Of a stretch of DNA of 64,000 bases, positions 38,613-48,367 are shown one piece after another; position 1 is the stretch's first letter, and every line of letters starts with the position of its first letter. The translations under genes and the position numbers were made by a program. Source of the stretch: Bdellovibrio sp. (lineage in GTDB: Bacteria > Bdellovibrionota > Bdellovibrionia > Bdellovibrionales > Bdellovibrionaceae); assembly GCA_036677065.1 (NCBI GenBank), contig JAKFBS010000011.1, positions 96,001 to 160,000 on the forward strand, in the 5' to 3' direction. The notes under the pieces are model-generated. The model saw nothing but the letters and a program-made list of their open reading frames with translations, had not been told where the DNA came from and did not search any database.

Positions 38613-39401
38613 TTAATTACATTGTTCCCATTGTAGGTGGTAAGAAACGCTTCTCTTATCACTTATCTGGCCGTCAATCGAATCAAGAGTAATCATGGCT
38701 TGTTCACCCGTTGCATTGCTTGTTACTGCAATACTCACATCAATTTCTAAATTGTATGTGCCACCGCAAGTTTTAAGAATTGGATTTAATAACGGATTTA
38801 ATAATTTAATATTTACCAGTGGTTTGTTTTCAATCACTGCACTCATGAAAAAATCTTCAGCTAACGGACCAACGAATGTTTGCTGGCTTTTCACGCGTGT
38901 GCCTAGCGCTTTTAATCCTAGATGGCGAATCTGATGAATAGCTGAAAGTTTTGCGCGGGCTTTTACTGGTAAAGCGTGAAAGCCGCGGTAATCCATTTGT
39001 GCTACAGCCATACGAAACCCTTTTGGCGCTTCGATCGGAATAATTAAACGACAAGTTTTTTCAGTAGTTTGTTTCATTGCCTGTTGGCCGGCTTCGGTTG
39101 TGAAGTTATCAAACACAATTGAAACTGCTCGGTTATCACCCGACATGACTACCGCCGCTGTTCCTTCCGGGCAACCTGAACCTTGATAGTTGGGCTTTTG
39201 CATAATTACTTTTGAAGGTGCTGGCTTATCCTTACCAGGTTTTTGTTTTTTCTTTTTGTTATCAAAAAATGGACGGTCTTCTTCTTCCTGTTTGGCCTGC
39301 TGAGACTTACCTGGCAAAAGGGCACCAAGCTGAGCCTGCGCTGAAAAGCTATAAGTTAGAATTAAGGCCGTAATAGCTAATAACGATTTAGAAATAAGCA
39401 T
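38613..39401 (-). CDS. DUF4360 domain secreted protein
   Basis: GSGCP.GT, FD.F...AG, K.C, DYRG, CG and DSIDG. Confidence 0.82.
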   Translation of the reverse strand: MLISKSLLAITALILTYSFSAQAQLGALLPGKSQQAKQEEEDRPFFDNKKKKQKPGKDKPAPSKVIMQKPNYQGSGCPEGTAAVVMSGDNRAVSIVFDNFTTEAGQQAMKQTTEKTCRLIIPIEAPKGFRMAVAQMDYRGFHALPVKARAKLSAIHQIRHLGLKALGTRVKSQQTFVGPLAEDFFMSAVIENKPLVNIKLLNPLLNPILKTCGGTYNLEIDVSIAVTSNATGEQAMITLDSIDGQISDKRSVSYHLQWEQCN

Positions 39402-39425
39402 AGATCCCCCGTGCTATAATAATAT

Positions 39426-39442
39426 AGCAAGCGCGGGACCAG
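39426..39442 (-). promoter_or_regulatory. Putative sigma54 promoter
   Basis: Minus strand reads CTGGTCCCGCGCTTGCT, upstream of the GGGGG RBS and ATG of the DUF4360 gene. Confidence 0.6.
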
Positions 39443-39461
39443 ACATTTTGGCGCTACCTAA

Positions 39462-39755
39462 TTAATGAATACTCGGGCGATCAATTGAATCATGGCCTTC
39501 AAGTTTTACTAATTTATTATAAATACCAATGAGCATAAAACTTGGACCACAAAGCCCGATAAAATTGGCTAAGAATTTTTTTTTCGTAAACGCTGTAAGA
39601 CCTGCTGAAATGGCCAAGCTACCAAGTGCTAATGCTAAATAACCCACTGATGGAACCTTTGCAGTCACATCTTCGATTTGTTTGGTCATTTCGCCTTCTT
39701 TAGGAATTTTATTAGAATATTTCCCCATAAAACCCTGCAGTGTATTTTGTTTCAT
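39462..39755 (-). CDS. Small conserved-type membrane protein
   Basis: EG..T..IE..TAKVPS..YL and F.G...P...L.GIYNKLVK; AAGGAG RBS. Confidence 0.7.
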   Translation of the reverse strand: MKQNTLQGFMGKYSNKIPKEGEMTKQIEDVTAKVPSVGYLALALGSLAISAGLTAFTKKKFLANFIGLCGPSFMLIGIYNKLVKLEGHDSIDRPSIH

Positions 39756-39791
39756 AAATAACTCCTTTTGTTTATGTCACAACAAGCAAGG

Positions 39792-39808
39792 AGCAATCTT
39801 TACGCCAA
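39792..39808 (-). promoter_or_regulatory. Putative sigma54 promoter
   Basis: Minus strand reads TTGGCGTAAAGATTGCT, 36 nt before the ATG at 39755. Confidence 0.6.
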
Positions 39809-39816
39809 TGAAAGTT

Positions 39817-40587
39817 CTATTTTTTTTTGTTTAGAAATGCTTTTAGACGCTCTTGGCCTTCTTTAGACATTCTGCGTTCACTAATTACAGTGGTGCTGAG
39901 TTTTTTCTGCTCAGCCCAAGATTTTTCAGTCTTAGAATTTTCGATATTATTTAATATTTTTTTTGTTTCACGAACGGCTTCTAAACCTAAACCAGAAAAT
40001 TTTCTAGCTTCGGTTAAACCATCTTCGGCATTTTTAATAACGTGAACCAAACCTAAACGTTGTGCTGTTACTGAATCAAAAACTTCAGCATTCAACATAT
40101 ACGGACGAACCTGGCTGTCAGCACACTTACGTAAAATAAATGCCGAAATCACTGCTGGTGATAAACCAAGTTTTACTTCACTGAAACAGTACTTGGTAGC
40201 TTCGTCAGCGATCACATAATCACAGGCTGCGATTAATCCTAAAGCGCCACCAAAAGCTGCGCCATGAATTAAACCAATCACCGGAGCTTCGCACAAAGCG
40301 ATCGATTCAAACATCTCCCAAAGTTTTTCTGAATCTTTGATGTTTTGTTCGAATGAAAAATCAACCATCGACTTCATCCAGTTTAAATCTGCACCGGCGC
40401 AAAATGCTGTGCCGGCGCCTTTTAAAATGACGGCACGAACAGTTTTATCTTTAGAAATTGTTTGAAATGCTTCTGTGATTTCAGAAATCATTTCTGGGTT
40501 AAACGCATTTTTTAATTCTGGTTTATTTAATTCAACAATTTTAATCGAGTTATCGTTCAGGTCAGAAGTGATATTGATATTTTTCAT
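39817..40587 (-). CDS. liuC: Enoyl-CoA hydratase, probable methylglutaconyl-CoA hydratase
   Basis: NAF, FCAGADL.WM, GGA.GL..ACD and FSEVKLG; liu context; start at MKNINITS. Confidence 0.85.
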   Translation of the reverse strand: MKNINITSDLNDNSIKIVELNKPELKNAFNPEMISEITEAFQTISKDKTVRAVILKGAGTAFCAGADLNWMKSMVDFSFEQNIKDSEKLWEMFESIALCEAPVIGLIHGAAFGGALGLIAACDYVIADEATKYCFSEVKLGLSPAVISAFILRKCADSQVRPYMLNAEVFDSVTAQRLGLVHVIKNAEDGLTEARKFSGLGLEAVRETKKILNNIENSKTEKSWAEQKKLSTTVISERRMSKEGQERLKAFLNKKK

Positions 40588-40609
40588 GTTACATCCTGTT
40601 AGGCTACGC

Positions 40610-42214
40610 CTACATTCTAAAGACGCCCTGTTGTTTCGGGCCCCAATCTGCATTTAAGCTGGCTGAAATTCCCAGAGCCAATACACGACGCGTGTCTACT
40701 GGATCAATAATGCCATCATCCCACAAACGTGCTGTTGAGAAATAAGCTGAGCTTTCAAAATCATATTTTTCCAGAGTTGGTTTTTTAAAATCTTCTTGTT
40801 CACTGGCTGTCATGCTTTGGCCTTTAATAGCTAACTGATCTAGTTTTACAGTTAATAAAACATTTGCCGCTTGTTCGCCGCCCATGACGCTGATGCGGGC
40901 ATTCGGCCACATCCACATTTGTCGAGGCTGAAACGCGCGACCGCACATTCCGTAATTACCTGCGCCATATGATCCACCAATCACCACTGTGAATTTTGGC
41001 ACCCGTGCATTTGATACGGCCATCACCATTTTAGCGCCATGCTTGGCAATACCTTCTTGTTCATATTTTTTACCAACCATAAAGCCAGTAATATTTTGTA
41101 AGAAAATTAAAGGCACTTCTCGCTGTTCGCAAAGCTCAATAAAGTGAGCTGCTTTTTGCGCGCTCTCAGAAAATAAAACTCCGTTATTTGCAATAATCCC
41201 GACTGGCATTCCCCAGATGTGAGCAAAACCAGTCACTAAAGTTTTTCCGTAAAGAGCTTTAAACTCATGAAAATTAGATCCATCCACAATACGCGCAATG
41301 ACTTCGCGCACATCAAACGGAATACGCGAATCAGCTGGTAAAATGCCGTAAATCTCATTCGCATCAAATAAAGGTTCTTCGACAGGAATTGTTTTTAAGC
41401 TAATTACTTTTTTATGATTTAAATGTTTTACGATTGAGCGGGTAATTTCAATGGCATGTTGGTCATCTTCTGCAAAATGATCAGTTACGCCTGATAATTC
41501 ACAGTGAGTATTTGCACCACCCAGCACTTGGGCATCAACCACTTCACCAGTAGCTGCTTTCACTAGCGGAGGTCCACCTAGAAAAATTGTGCCGTTATCT
41601 TTTACGATCACGTTTTCATCTGACATTGACGGAACGTAAGCCCCACCTGCGGTACATGAACCCATCACTACTGAAATTTGCGGAATATTACGAGCGCTCA
41701 TTCTGGCTTGGTTATAAAAAATTCTTCCGAAATGATCACGGTCTGGAAACACTTCTGATTGCAAAGGTAAAAAGGCGCCGCCGCTATCAACCAGGTAAAT
41801 ACAAGGTAAGCCATTTTCTAAAGCGACTTCTTGCGCACGGATGTGCTTTTTTACTGTCATTGGAAAGTATGTTCCACCTTTTACGGTGGCATCATTAGCG
41901 ACGATAATACATTCAACACCCTGAATAACACCAATACCTGTGATCACACCCGCTGCTGGCGCTTGGTCTTCGTACATACCGATAGCTGCTAAGGTAGAAA
42001 ATTCTAAAAATGCAGTGCCTTGATCAAGTAAGCCTTCAATACGTTCACGTGCAGTTAGTTTACCGCGTGATTTATGTTTTTTTTGCGCTTCTTCGCCGCC
42101 ACCTAATTTAACTTTTGCAACTTTGGCGCGCCAGTTTTCAACTGTCGTCATCATTTGTTTATAGTTTTTTTTAAAATCTTCTGATTGAGTTTGTACGCTA
42201 GATTCTAGAATCAC
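40610..42214 (-). CDS. liuB: Methylcrotonyl-CoA carboxylase beta (carboxyltransferase)
   Basis: [44 protein letters not shown] and ARLWDDG. Confidence 0.93.
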   Translation of the reverse strand: MILESSVQTQSEDFKKNYKQMMTTVENWRAKVAKVKLGGGEEAQKKHKSRGKLTARERIEGLLDQGTAFLEFSTLAAIGMYEDQAPAAGVITGIGVIQGVECIIVANDATVKGGTYFPMTVKKHIRAQEVALENGLPCIYLVDSGGAFLPLQSEVFPDRDHFGRIFYNQARMSARNIPQISVVMGSCTAGGAYVPSMSDENVIVKDNGTIFLGGPPLVKAATGEVVDAQVLGGANTHCELSGVTDHFAEDDQHAIEITRSIVKHLNHKKVISLKTIPVEEPLFDANEIYGILPADSRIPFDVREVIARIVDGSNFHEFKALYGKTLVTGFAHIWGMPVGIIANNGVLFSESAQKAAHFIELCEQREVPLIFLQNITGFMVGKKYEQEGIAKHGAKMVMAVSNARVPKFTVVIGGSYGAGNYGMCGRAFQPRQMWMWPNARISVMGGEQAANVLLTVKLDQLAIKGQSMTASEQEDFKKPTLEKYDFESSAYFSTARLWDDGIIDPVDTRRVLALGISASLNADWGPKQQGVFRM

Positions 42215-42240
42215 AGTTTCCTCGAGTTCGCAAAAATCAC

Positions 42241-42816
42241 TTAAGCCAAAAGCTTAAGTTTAGTAATATTTAATTTAAGTTTTAATGAATCAGATTGGCT
42301 TGAGTTTTTAACCGCAATAAAAACTGTGCCTTCAAAAGTCACATGGTCATTTTTTTGCAATGAAAGAATTAATTTATCCATGTCGTTTTCGCTGCAAGTA
42401 AATTGCAGCATAAGATCTTTATCCCATTTAATATTTTTATTAAGCTCAAGTTGATAGCTTTTGATTTCCCACAGATTTTTTGCCCAATGTTTAGCAATGT
42501 AAGTGCTGATCACTTCTAAACCGGCATTGACCACAAGGCCTGCATGAATTTGATTATGAAAATCGCAATTTGTGCGCTGGTAAGGGATCTTAGCCGTGAT
42601 ACTTTCGTCGCCTGCTTCGGTAATACTAAAGCCTGTGCCTAAAAGTTCAGGCGCTAACCAGTCTAACGCATAGCTTAAAGCGGGCTTCAGCAAGGCAGGT
42701 GTATGCAAATCACTCCAGACTTTAAAGTCTCTGATTTTATCGACGTAGCTCGACTGAATGAGTGGCAATTTTCCGACTAATTTCTTTTTCATAGCTTGAT
42801 TGCGCAAGCCTAACAT
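42241..42816 (-). CDS. Hypothetical protein, possible hotdog-fold (thioesterase-like)
   Basis: P.....N......IHAG motif; co-oriented upstream of liuB; start uncertain. Confidence 0.55.
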   Translation of the reverse strand: MLGLRNQAMKKKLVGKLPLIQSSYVDKIRDFKVWSDLHTPALLKPALSYALDWLAPELLGTGFSITEAGDESITAKIPYQRTNCDFHNQIHAGLVVNAGLEVISTYIAKHWAKNLWEIKSYQLELNKNIKWDKDLMLQFTCSENDMDKLILSLQKNDHVTFEGTVFIAVKNSSQSDSLKLKLNITKLKLLA

Positions 42817-42857
42817 GGTGAAGTTTACTTGTACACAACATGATAGGAACTTGATCT

Positions 42858-43349
42858 ATGATTAAAATTTTCAGCTTTGTTTTATTTGTTTCAGCATTTA
42901 TTTGGACTTGGTGCCTTTTTAACTCACCGGCGCAAATGGGAACTGACATCCATGCTGGTATTCAAAGCAAATTAACGATCCTTATTGAAGAGACAATCAA
43001 GGCGAAACGCCCGTCTATGACGAATTTCCGCTTAAATAAAATGTACACAGAGAAAATGGACGATAACAAAGTTAAGGCCCATTTTTCTTACCAATTCGAT
43101 GAAAACGAAGCGACACAAACGATTTCTGGCGATGCTGTTTTAACAAAAGCCTTATCAGAAGATGCAAACGTGCAAAAATGGGTTTTACAATCTGTTAAAA
43201 CTGGCAGCGATATTGTTGAGTTCCAAGATGGTTTAACAATTTCTTCTGATGGCACTGATTCTCCTGAAGCTCCTGCCACAGAAACAACGACTGAAACTGC
43301 TCCTACGACTTCTGCTCCAGTTGAGAGCGCGCCCGGCGTAGGGCACTAA
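42858..43349 (+). CDS. Membrane-anchored hypothetical protein with Thr/Pro/Glu-rich tail
   Basis: Hydrophobic N-terminus and low-complexity C-terminus. Confidence 0.7.
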   Translation: MIKIFSFVLFVSAFIWTWCLFNSPAQMGTDIHAGIQSKLTILIEETIKAKRPSMTNFRLNKMYTEKMDDNKVKAHFSYQFDENEATQTISGDAVLTKALSEDANVQKWVLQSVKTGSDIVEFQDGLTISSDGTDSPEAPATETTTETAPTTSAPVESAPGVGH

Positions 43350-43356
43350 TATCTAA

Positions 43357-44388
43357 ATGAACTATCTTACAATCAATGAACACGGCGAATTGTTTTTAGA
43401 CAAAAGTGAAAAACCAGTTCCCGATGGCGAAATCGCGCAGACGTTATTACGTAATGTGCGATTAACAAATAATTTCAATTTAGAAACCTCATTCGAAAAA
43501 ACTAAATATTTAATCGAAGCTTTTGATCATCCGCTATTTGCCTACAGAGTTCAGGCCCAGGCGGGTAAGATTTTTATTCAAACACAACAGCAACTTAGCT
43601 TTGAAGCTGACCTGACAAAGTTTAGTTTAGATCCGTTCGACCGTATTTGTGGATTAACCACATCAAATGCGCCGTTTCGTCTGACTGAAAAAGCGCAAGC
43701 GCAGCTTTTTGATGACTGTGATGAATTCGATGACGAAAGTTTTACTTTGAATGGCCTTCGCATTGAAACTCCGGATTATTATTTTGAAAATGAGAACTTA
43801 TCTGATTCAGAATTTTGGACAGATATTTACAACGAAGGCAATCCAGGTTGGGATCTAGGCGCCCCCGCAGTGGCCTTTACAGACATGATCCAAAGAATTA
43901 AATTACCCAAAAGCCGCATCCTGGTTTTAGGTTGTGGTTCGGGCCACGATGCCGCACTTTTTGCGCAAGCAGGACACGTGGTTACTGCCGTAGATTTTTC
44001 TGAAGGCGCTATTCAAAAAGCTAAGTCTTTGTATGGTCATCTGGAAAACATTACTTTTATTCAACAAGATATTTTTACGTTGCCACATGAATGGAACGAA
44101 ACTTTTGATGTGATTGTTGAGCACACTTGTTTTTGTGCGATCGAGCCTGATAGACGTAAAGAGATGGTCAAACTCTGGCGCAGACTGCTTCACGAAGAGG
44201 GCCAGTTGATGGGCGTCTTCTTTGCCATGCTTAAACGCGCAGGCCCGCCGTACGGCAGCAGCGAATGGGAAATTCGTGAGCTTTTAAAAAATAGTTTTCA
44301 CTTTTTATTTTGGGGGCGTTGGAGAGAATCTATTCCGCGCCGTGAAGGCCGTGAACTTTTTGTCTTAGCAAAGAAGAAAAAAGCGTAA
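43357..44388 (+). CDS. Thiopurine-S-methyltransferase-like SAM methyltransferase with extra N-terminal domain
   Basis: FW...Y.....GWD.G, VLGCGSGHD, DIF, EHTCFCAI and GPPYG. Confidence 0.85.
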   Translation: MNYLTINEHGELFLDKSEKPVPDGEIAQTLLRNVRLTNNFNLETSFEKTKYLIEAFDHPLFAYRVQAQAGKIFIQTQQQLSFEADLTKFSLDPFDRICGLTTSNAPFRLTEKAQAQLFDDCDEFDDESFTLNGLRIETPDYYFENENLSDSEFWTDIYNEGNPGWDLGAPAVAFTDMIQRIKLPKSRILVLGCGSGHDAALFAQAGHVVTAVDFSEGAIQKAKSLYGHLENITFIQQDIFTLPHEWNETFDVIVEHTCFCAIEPDRRKEMVKLWRRLLHEEGQLMGVFFAMLKRAGPPYGSSEWEIRELLKNSFHFLFWGRWRESIPRREGRELFVLAKKKKA

Positions 44389-44406
44389 CTTTTCAGTTAC
44401 GCTTTT
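44379..44406. terminator. Bidirectional terminator between the methyltransferase and rnpB
   Basis: AAAAGCGTAACT-TTTC-AGTTACGCTTTT. Confidence 0.75.
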
Positions 44407-44419
44407 AAAAAAGGTGGGT

Positions 44420-44829
44420 CGGTTTCGCGATAAGCCGGGTTCTGTTCCCTGTGCTGACTCCCACATTGTCCACACAGTTCGATAATCATTCCTCTAGGCC
44501 CAACATTACTGGTGGGCTCGAGCGATCGTACCCGGAATCTTCAGGCGAGCAGCCCTTATTCTCTGTTCGGAAACATTGCTGTCTCCGCCAAGAACCCCCT
44601 ATTGCCAGGAGGGATTCCCTATTTGATCTTGCTTCGCGCACGAGTTTAGCTGTTTTCACTCCAGCGGCTCCCCTTAATTCTCCCGTTCCCGAAAAAAGGA
44701 TCACTGCCCTGGACATTCTCTCTGTTCCACTGTTCCTCACCTTGCGATGGAGGGGCGTTACCCCAGGCGCTGCTCTGCGAAGCCCGGACTTTCCTCGTAC
44801 GTTGCCGCACGCGATTATCTACGAAACCT
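44420..44829 (-). ncRNA. rnpB: RNase P RNA
   Basis: Minus strand has GAGGAAAGTCCGGGCT near the 5' end and ACAGAACCCGGCTTAT near the 3' end; the termini GGTTTCG/CGAAACC pair as P1. Ends are approximate. Confidence 0.96.
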
Positions 44830-44957
44830 TGCTGAGATTTTTAGCATCGAGCGCCGCCCAAATACAAGCGATATTCGCGAAATTCTTGCCCTGCTCACGA
44901 CCTTGCATTAGATTAAATCATTCTAGTTTGTTTACAGTTATTTTCGAGGAGATTTTT

Positions 44958-45542
44958 ATGAAAATTTTAGTGGCCATCGCGGCATTTTTATTAGTTTTAG
45001 GTTTAAACTTAAAGTCAGTTGCTGAAGAAGAACATGCTGCTGCTCCTACTGATACAGTTTCTTGTTCAAAAGAAGACGCTGGCAAAGATTGCGCTGAAGG
45101 CGATCATGGCAAAGCCGGTCACGATGCTCATGGTGCAAAACCAGGTTACGGCGCGAACTATGACTGGAGTCATAAACGCCAAGAACAAGTTGCAGCGATT
45201 TTTCCTGCAAAACAAAAAAAAGATGGCGCAAGCAATGTTCCGGCAAAAGTAAAATTATCTTCACCTAAGTTTTTAGAAAAAGTTTCTGGCGATGCAGTTA
45301 CTTTAACTTGGAACGCCTCTGAAGGTGCAACAAATTACCACGTTCAGGTTTCAAAAGACGCTGGTTTCAACAATCGCTCAATGTATGTTGTCGAAGATAA
45401 AAAATTAGCGGCAACTTCTTTAGAGGTTAAAGGCTTAGAAGCTGGTGTTAAATATTTCTGGCGTGTGGCTGCTGTTAACGGCGAGCAAGAATCTACTTTC
45501 ACTAAATCAGGTTTTGCTTTTTCTGAATTTGAAGTGAAGTAA
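44958..45542 (+). CDS. Secreted fibronectin type III domain protein
   Basis: GAGGAG RBS and signal peptide MKILVAIAAF; LTW...GATNYHVQVS and L..G.KYFWRVAA. Confidence 0.82.
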   Translation: MKILVAIAAFLLVLGLNLKSVAEEEHAAAPTDTVSCSKEDAGKDCAEGDHGKAGHDAHGAKPGYGANYDWSHKRQEQVAAIFPAKQKKDGASNVPAKVKLSSPKFLEKVSGDAVTLTWNASEGATNYHVQVSKDAGFNNRSMYVVEDKKLAATSLEVKGLEAGVKYFWRVAAVNGEQESTFTKSGFAFSEFEVK

Positions 45543-45544
45543 TC

Positions 45545-46195
45545 ATGTCTGCAGTTGATAACGAAATTATTCATAAGCAATTAAATTGGCGCTATGCTTG
45601 TAAAAAGTTTGATCCAACAAAAATCATTCGTGAGCAAGACTGGAATATTCTAACTGAATCTTTGCGTTTATCAGCTTCGTCGTACGGTTTACAACCCTGG
45701 AAATTCATCGTTGTGCAAACGCCTGAGATTCGTAAACAGTTACAAGATCAATCATACGGTCAAACTCCGGTTACTGAAGCTTCACACTTTGTCGTATTAA
45801 CTTACAAAGAAACATTAGATGAAGCGCATATCGATCTTCATATTGCAGAGGCTGCAAAAGCACGCGGCGTTGAGCCGGCTTCTTTAGAAAAGTACAGAAA
45901 TTTGATGGTGGGAGATTTAATTAAGGGCCCGCGTTTCGAAACAATTAAGTGGTGGGCTCAACGTCAGGTTTATATCGCGATGGGATCAATCCTAACTACA
46001 GCGGCAATGATGGAAATCGACACTCTTCCAATGGAAGGTTTAAATGCAGCTGGTTACGATAAAATTTTAGGGCTTGAAGGCTCTGGTTGGAAAACTTTAG
46101 CGGCTGTAGCTTGTGGTTATAGAGCTGAAGATGATAAATACCAACATTCTAAAAAAGTTCGCTTTCCGGCGGCGGATGTTATTACTTACAAATAA
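45545..46195 (+). CDS. NAD(P)H-dependent nitroreductase
   Basis: WRYACKKFD, SSYGLQPWKF, PMEG and GYR...D....K.R. Confidence 0.92.
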   Translation: MSAVDNEIIHKQLNWRYACKKFDPTKIIREQDWNILTESLRLSASSYGLQPWKFIVVQTPEIRKQLQDQSYGQTPVTEASHFVVLTYKETLDEAHIDLHIAEAAKARGVEPASLEKYRNLMVGDLIKGPRFETIKWWAQRQVYIAMGSILTTAAMMEIDTLPMEGLNAAGYDKILGLEGSGWKTLAAVACGYRAEDDKYQHSKKVRFPAADVITYK

Positions 46196-46234
46196 AGCCG
46201 TTGTTTTAAAATATTAATTACTTAGAATAAAGCT

Positions 46235-48367
46235 ATGAAAAACATCATAGCTTTATTTTTTTGTGCTCTAACGATTTCATCATGCTCGCTTAAATCAAAT
46301 ACCCCAAACGATCCCTTATCTAAAAACTTAGATTATCTTGAAGAAATTGATTCAGCACCAGTACGCCGTTTTGTTGAAATCGAAAATGTTTTATCAGTCG
46401 CCCGTTTGAAAACTGATCCTTTATTTCCGGTGATTGAAAAAGAAATACTAGATGTCATAACGGCTAAAGATAAATTACCGGCGATCTTTTTTCATGACGG
46501 CCAATTATATCAATACTGGCAAGATCAAGTGCATGTGCGCGGTGTTCTTAAAAGAACTTCAGTGGCTGACTTTAATGCCCACAAAAACAACTGGGAAGTT
46601 GTTTTTGATTTAGATGCGATAGCAAAAGCCGAAAATAAAAACTGGGTTTGGAAAAGTTTCACCTGTTACAAGAAGAATGAAAAAACTTGCTTGGTTTTTT
46701 TATCTAACGGCGGAAAAGACGCCATCACTGCCCGCGAGTTCAATCTAGGAACAAAAGAATTTGTTAAAGATGGCTTTTCGTTTCCTGAATCAAAAAGTCA
46801 ATTCGAATGGTACGATGAAAACACCCTGCTGTGGACAGACGCCACTAATCCCGAATTATTAACAACCTCTGGTTATCCGCAAACGTTAAAATTTATTAAG
46901 CGCGGGCAAAAGCTAGATGAAGCAAAACTTATCACTGATGTACCTAAAAATTATGTAAGCATTGATAGCTGGGCCGTTTTAGACCAAGGTAAAATTCATT
47001 TCATAATTTATAAATCGATTTCGTTCTACGAATACGAAGTGTTTTACTTAGCAGATTTAAATACACAAAAATTAGTTAAAGTTCCGGTTCCAAAAGATGC
47101 TGAAGTCAGAACGATTTATAAAGACCAATTATTGTTTTCGGTTAAGTCAGATTATACCGCCGGCACAAAAACAGTTCCACCAGGAACACTCTTATCATTT
47201 CCACTTTTTTCATTGCAGAATATGCAAAATCCAGAAGTGGTCTTATTACCGTCGCCGACTCAGGTTCTTCAAGGAGTTACGCGCAGTAAGGACCAACTTT
47301 GGTTAAATACTTTAGACGATGTTAAAAGAACTTTAGTTCCTATCGACCGCATTGAGCATCGCTGGGTGCTAGAAAAATTTAAGCATGGCTTAAATGATCA
47401 CGGTAAAGGTAACTGGTCAGTCCTGGCTCTCGAGCAGGAATCGAATAAAACTTTTTTTAGTTACACTGATTTTTTAACTCCGGCCCAGGTTTATTTTTCT
47501 GAAAATGGCCAACGGCCCAGCTTAAAACTAAAATTAATTCAGACCGCACCTGAACGTTTTAATTCGAAAAATTTTACGTCTCAGCAATTTAAAACTAAAA
47601 GTAAAGACGGAACATTAATTCCCTATTTCGTGGTGCATGCGAAAAATCTTAAATTCAACGGTAAAAACCCGACTCTACAATATGGCTATGGAGGTTTTGA
47701 AGCCGCTATGACGCCGTACTATCTAGGTGTTGCCGGTAAAGTTTGGCTATCACGTGGTAACGTTTATGTACTAGCTAATATTCGCGGTGGCGGCGAATAT
47801 GGGCCAGCTTGGCATAAAGCAGCACAAGGTGTAAATCGCCAAAAAGCCTTCGATGATTTTATCGCTGTCAGCGAAGATCTTATTAAACGTAAAATCACAT
47901 CACCAGAACACTTAGGTATTATGGGTGGCTCAAATGGTGGCTTACTAACAAGCGTGATGTTAACCCAAAGACCTGATTTATATGGCGCAGTGGTTAGCGA
48001 AGTGCCTCTGACAAATATGATTCGTTATAACAAATTATTAGCCGGAGCCAGTTGGCAGGCTGAATATGGCAACCCTGATATTCCAGCTGATCGTGAAGTG
48101 TTAATGAAATATTCTCCGTTGCATAACATAAAACCAAATATGAAATATCCAGAAGCTTTCTACATCACCAGCACTAAAGATGATCGCGTTCACCCAGGAC
48201 ATGCCAGACAAATGGTGACGCGTTTAAAACAATTAGGTTATCCAGTGATGTATTTCGAAAATACCGATGGTGGCCACGGCAGAGCCGCAAACTTAAAAGA
48301 GTATGCAACTATGCTTGGAATGGAATACACGTATTTATTCCAAAAAATAGCTCCAGATAAAAAATAA
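46235..48367 (+). CDS. Prolyl oligopeptidase (S9A), lipoprotein
   Basis: Lipobox ISSC, YGYGGF, ANIRGGGEYG, GGSNGGL, DDRVHP and GGH. Confidence 0.94.
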   Translation: MKNIIALFFCALTISSCSLKSNTPNDPLSKNLDYLEEIDSAPVRRFVEIENVLSVARLKTDPLFPVIEKEILDVITAKDKLPAIFFHDGQLYQYWQDQVHVRGVLKRTSVADFNAHKNNWEVVFDLDAIAKAENKNWVWKSFTCYKKNEKTCLVFLSNGGKDAITAREFNLGTKEFVKDGFSFPESKSQFEWYDENTLLWTDATNPELLTTSGYPQTLKFIKRGQKLDEAKLITDVPKNYVSIDSWAVLDQGKIHFIIYKSISFYEYEVFYLADLNTQKLVKVPVPKDAEVRTIYKDQLLFSVKSDYTAGTKTVPPGTLLSFPLFSLQNMQNPEVVLLPSPTQVLQGVTRSKDQLWLNTLDDVKRTLVPIDRIEHRWVLEKFKHGLNDHGKGNWSVLALEQESNKTFFSYTDFLTPAQVYFSENGQRPSLKLKLIQTAPERFNSKNFTSQQFKTKSKDGTLIPYFVVHAKNLKFNGKNPTLQYGYGGFEAAMTPYYLGVAGKVWLSRGNVYVLANIRGGGEYGPAWHKAAQGVNRQKAFDDFIAVSEDLIKRKITSPEHLGIMGGSNGGLLTSVMLTQRPDLYGAVVSEVPLTNMIRYNKLLAGASWQAEYGNPDIPADREVLMKYSPLHNIKPNMKYPEAFYITSTKDDRVHPGHARQMVTRLKQLGYPVMYFENTDGGHGRAANLKEYATMLGMEYTYLFQKIAPDKK

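Noticed and set aside
44891..44907. sigma54-like TGCTCACGACCTTGCA before the FN3 gene, plus near-misses at about 8831-8847 and 24073-24088
   Set aside because: The first two lack the invariant GG. The third has GG-N10-GC but no TGG or TTGC, and would place the TSS inside the RBS.
44451..44957. N-terminal 169 codons of ORF 44451..45542, and ORF 44486..44740
   Set aside because: They overlap the RNase P RNA gene. The real CDS starts at 44958 after a GAGGAG RBS and has a signal peptide.
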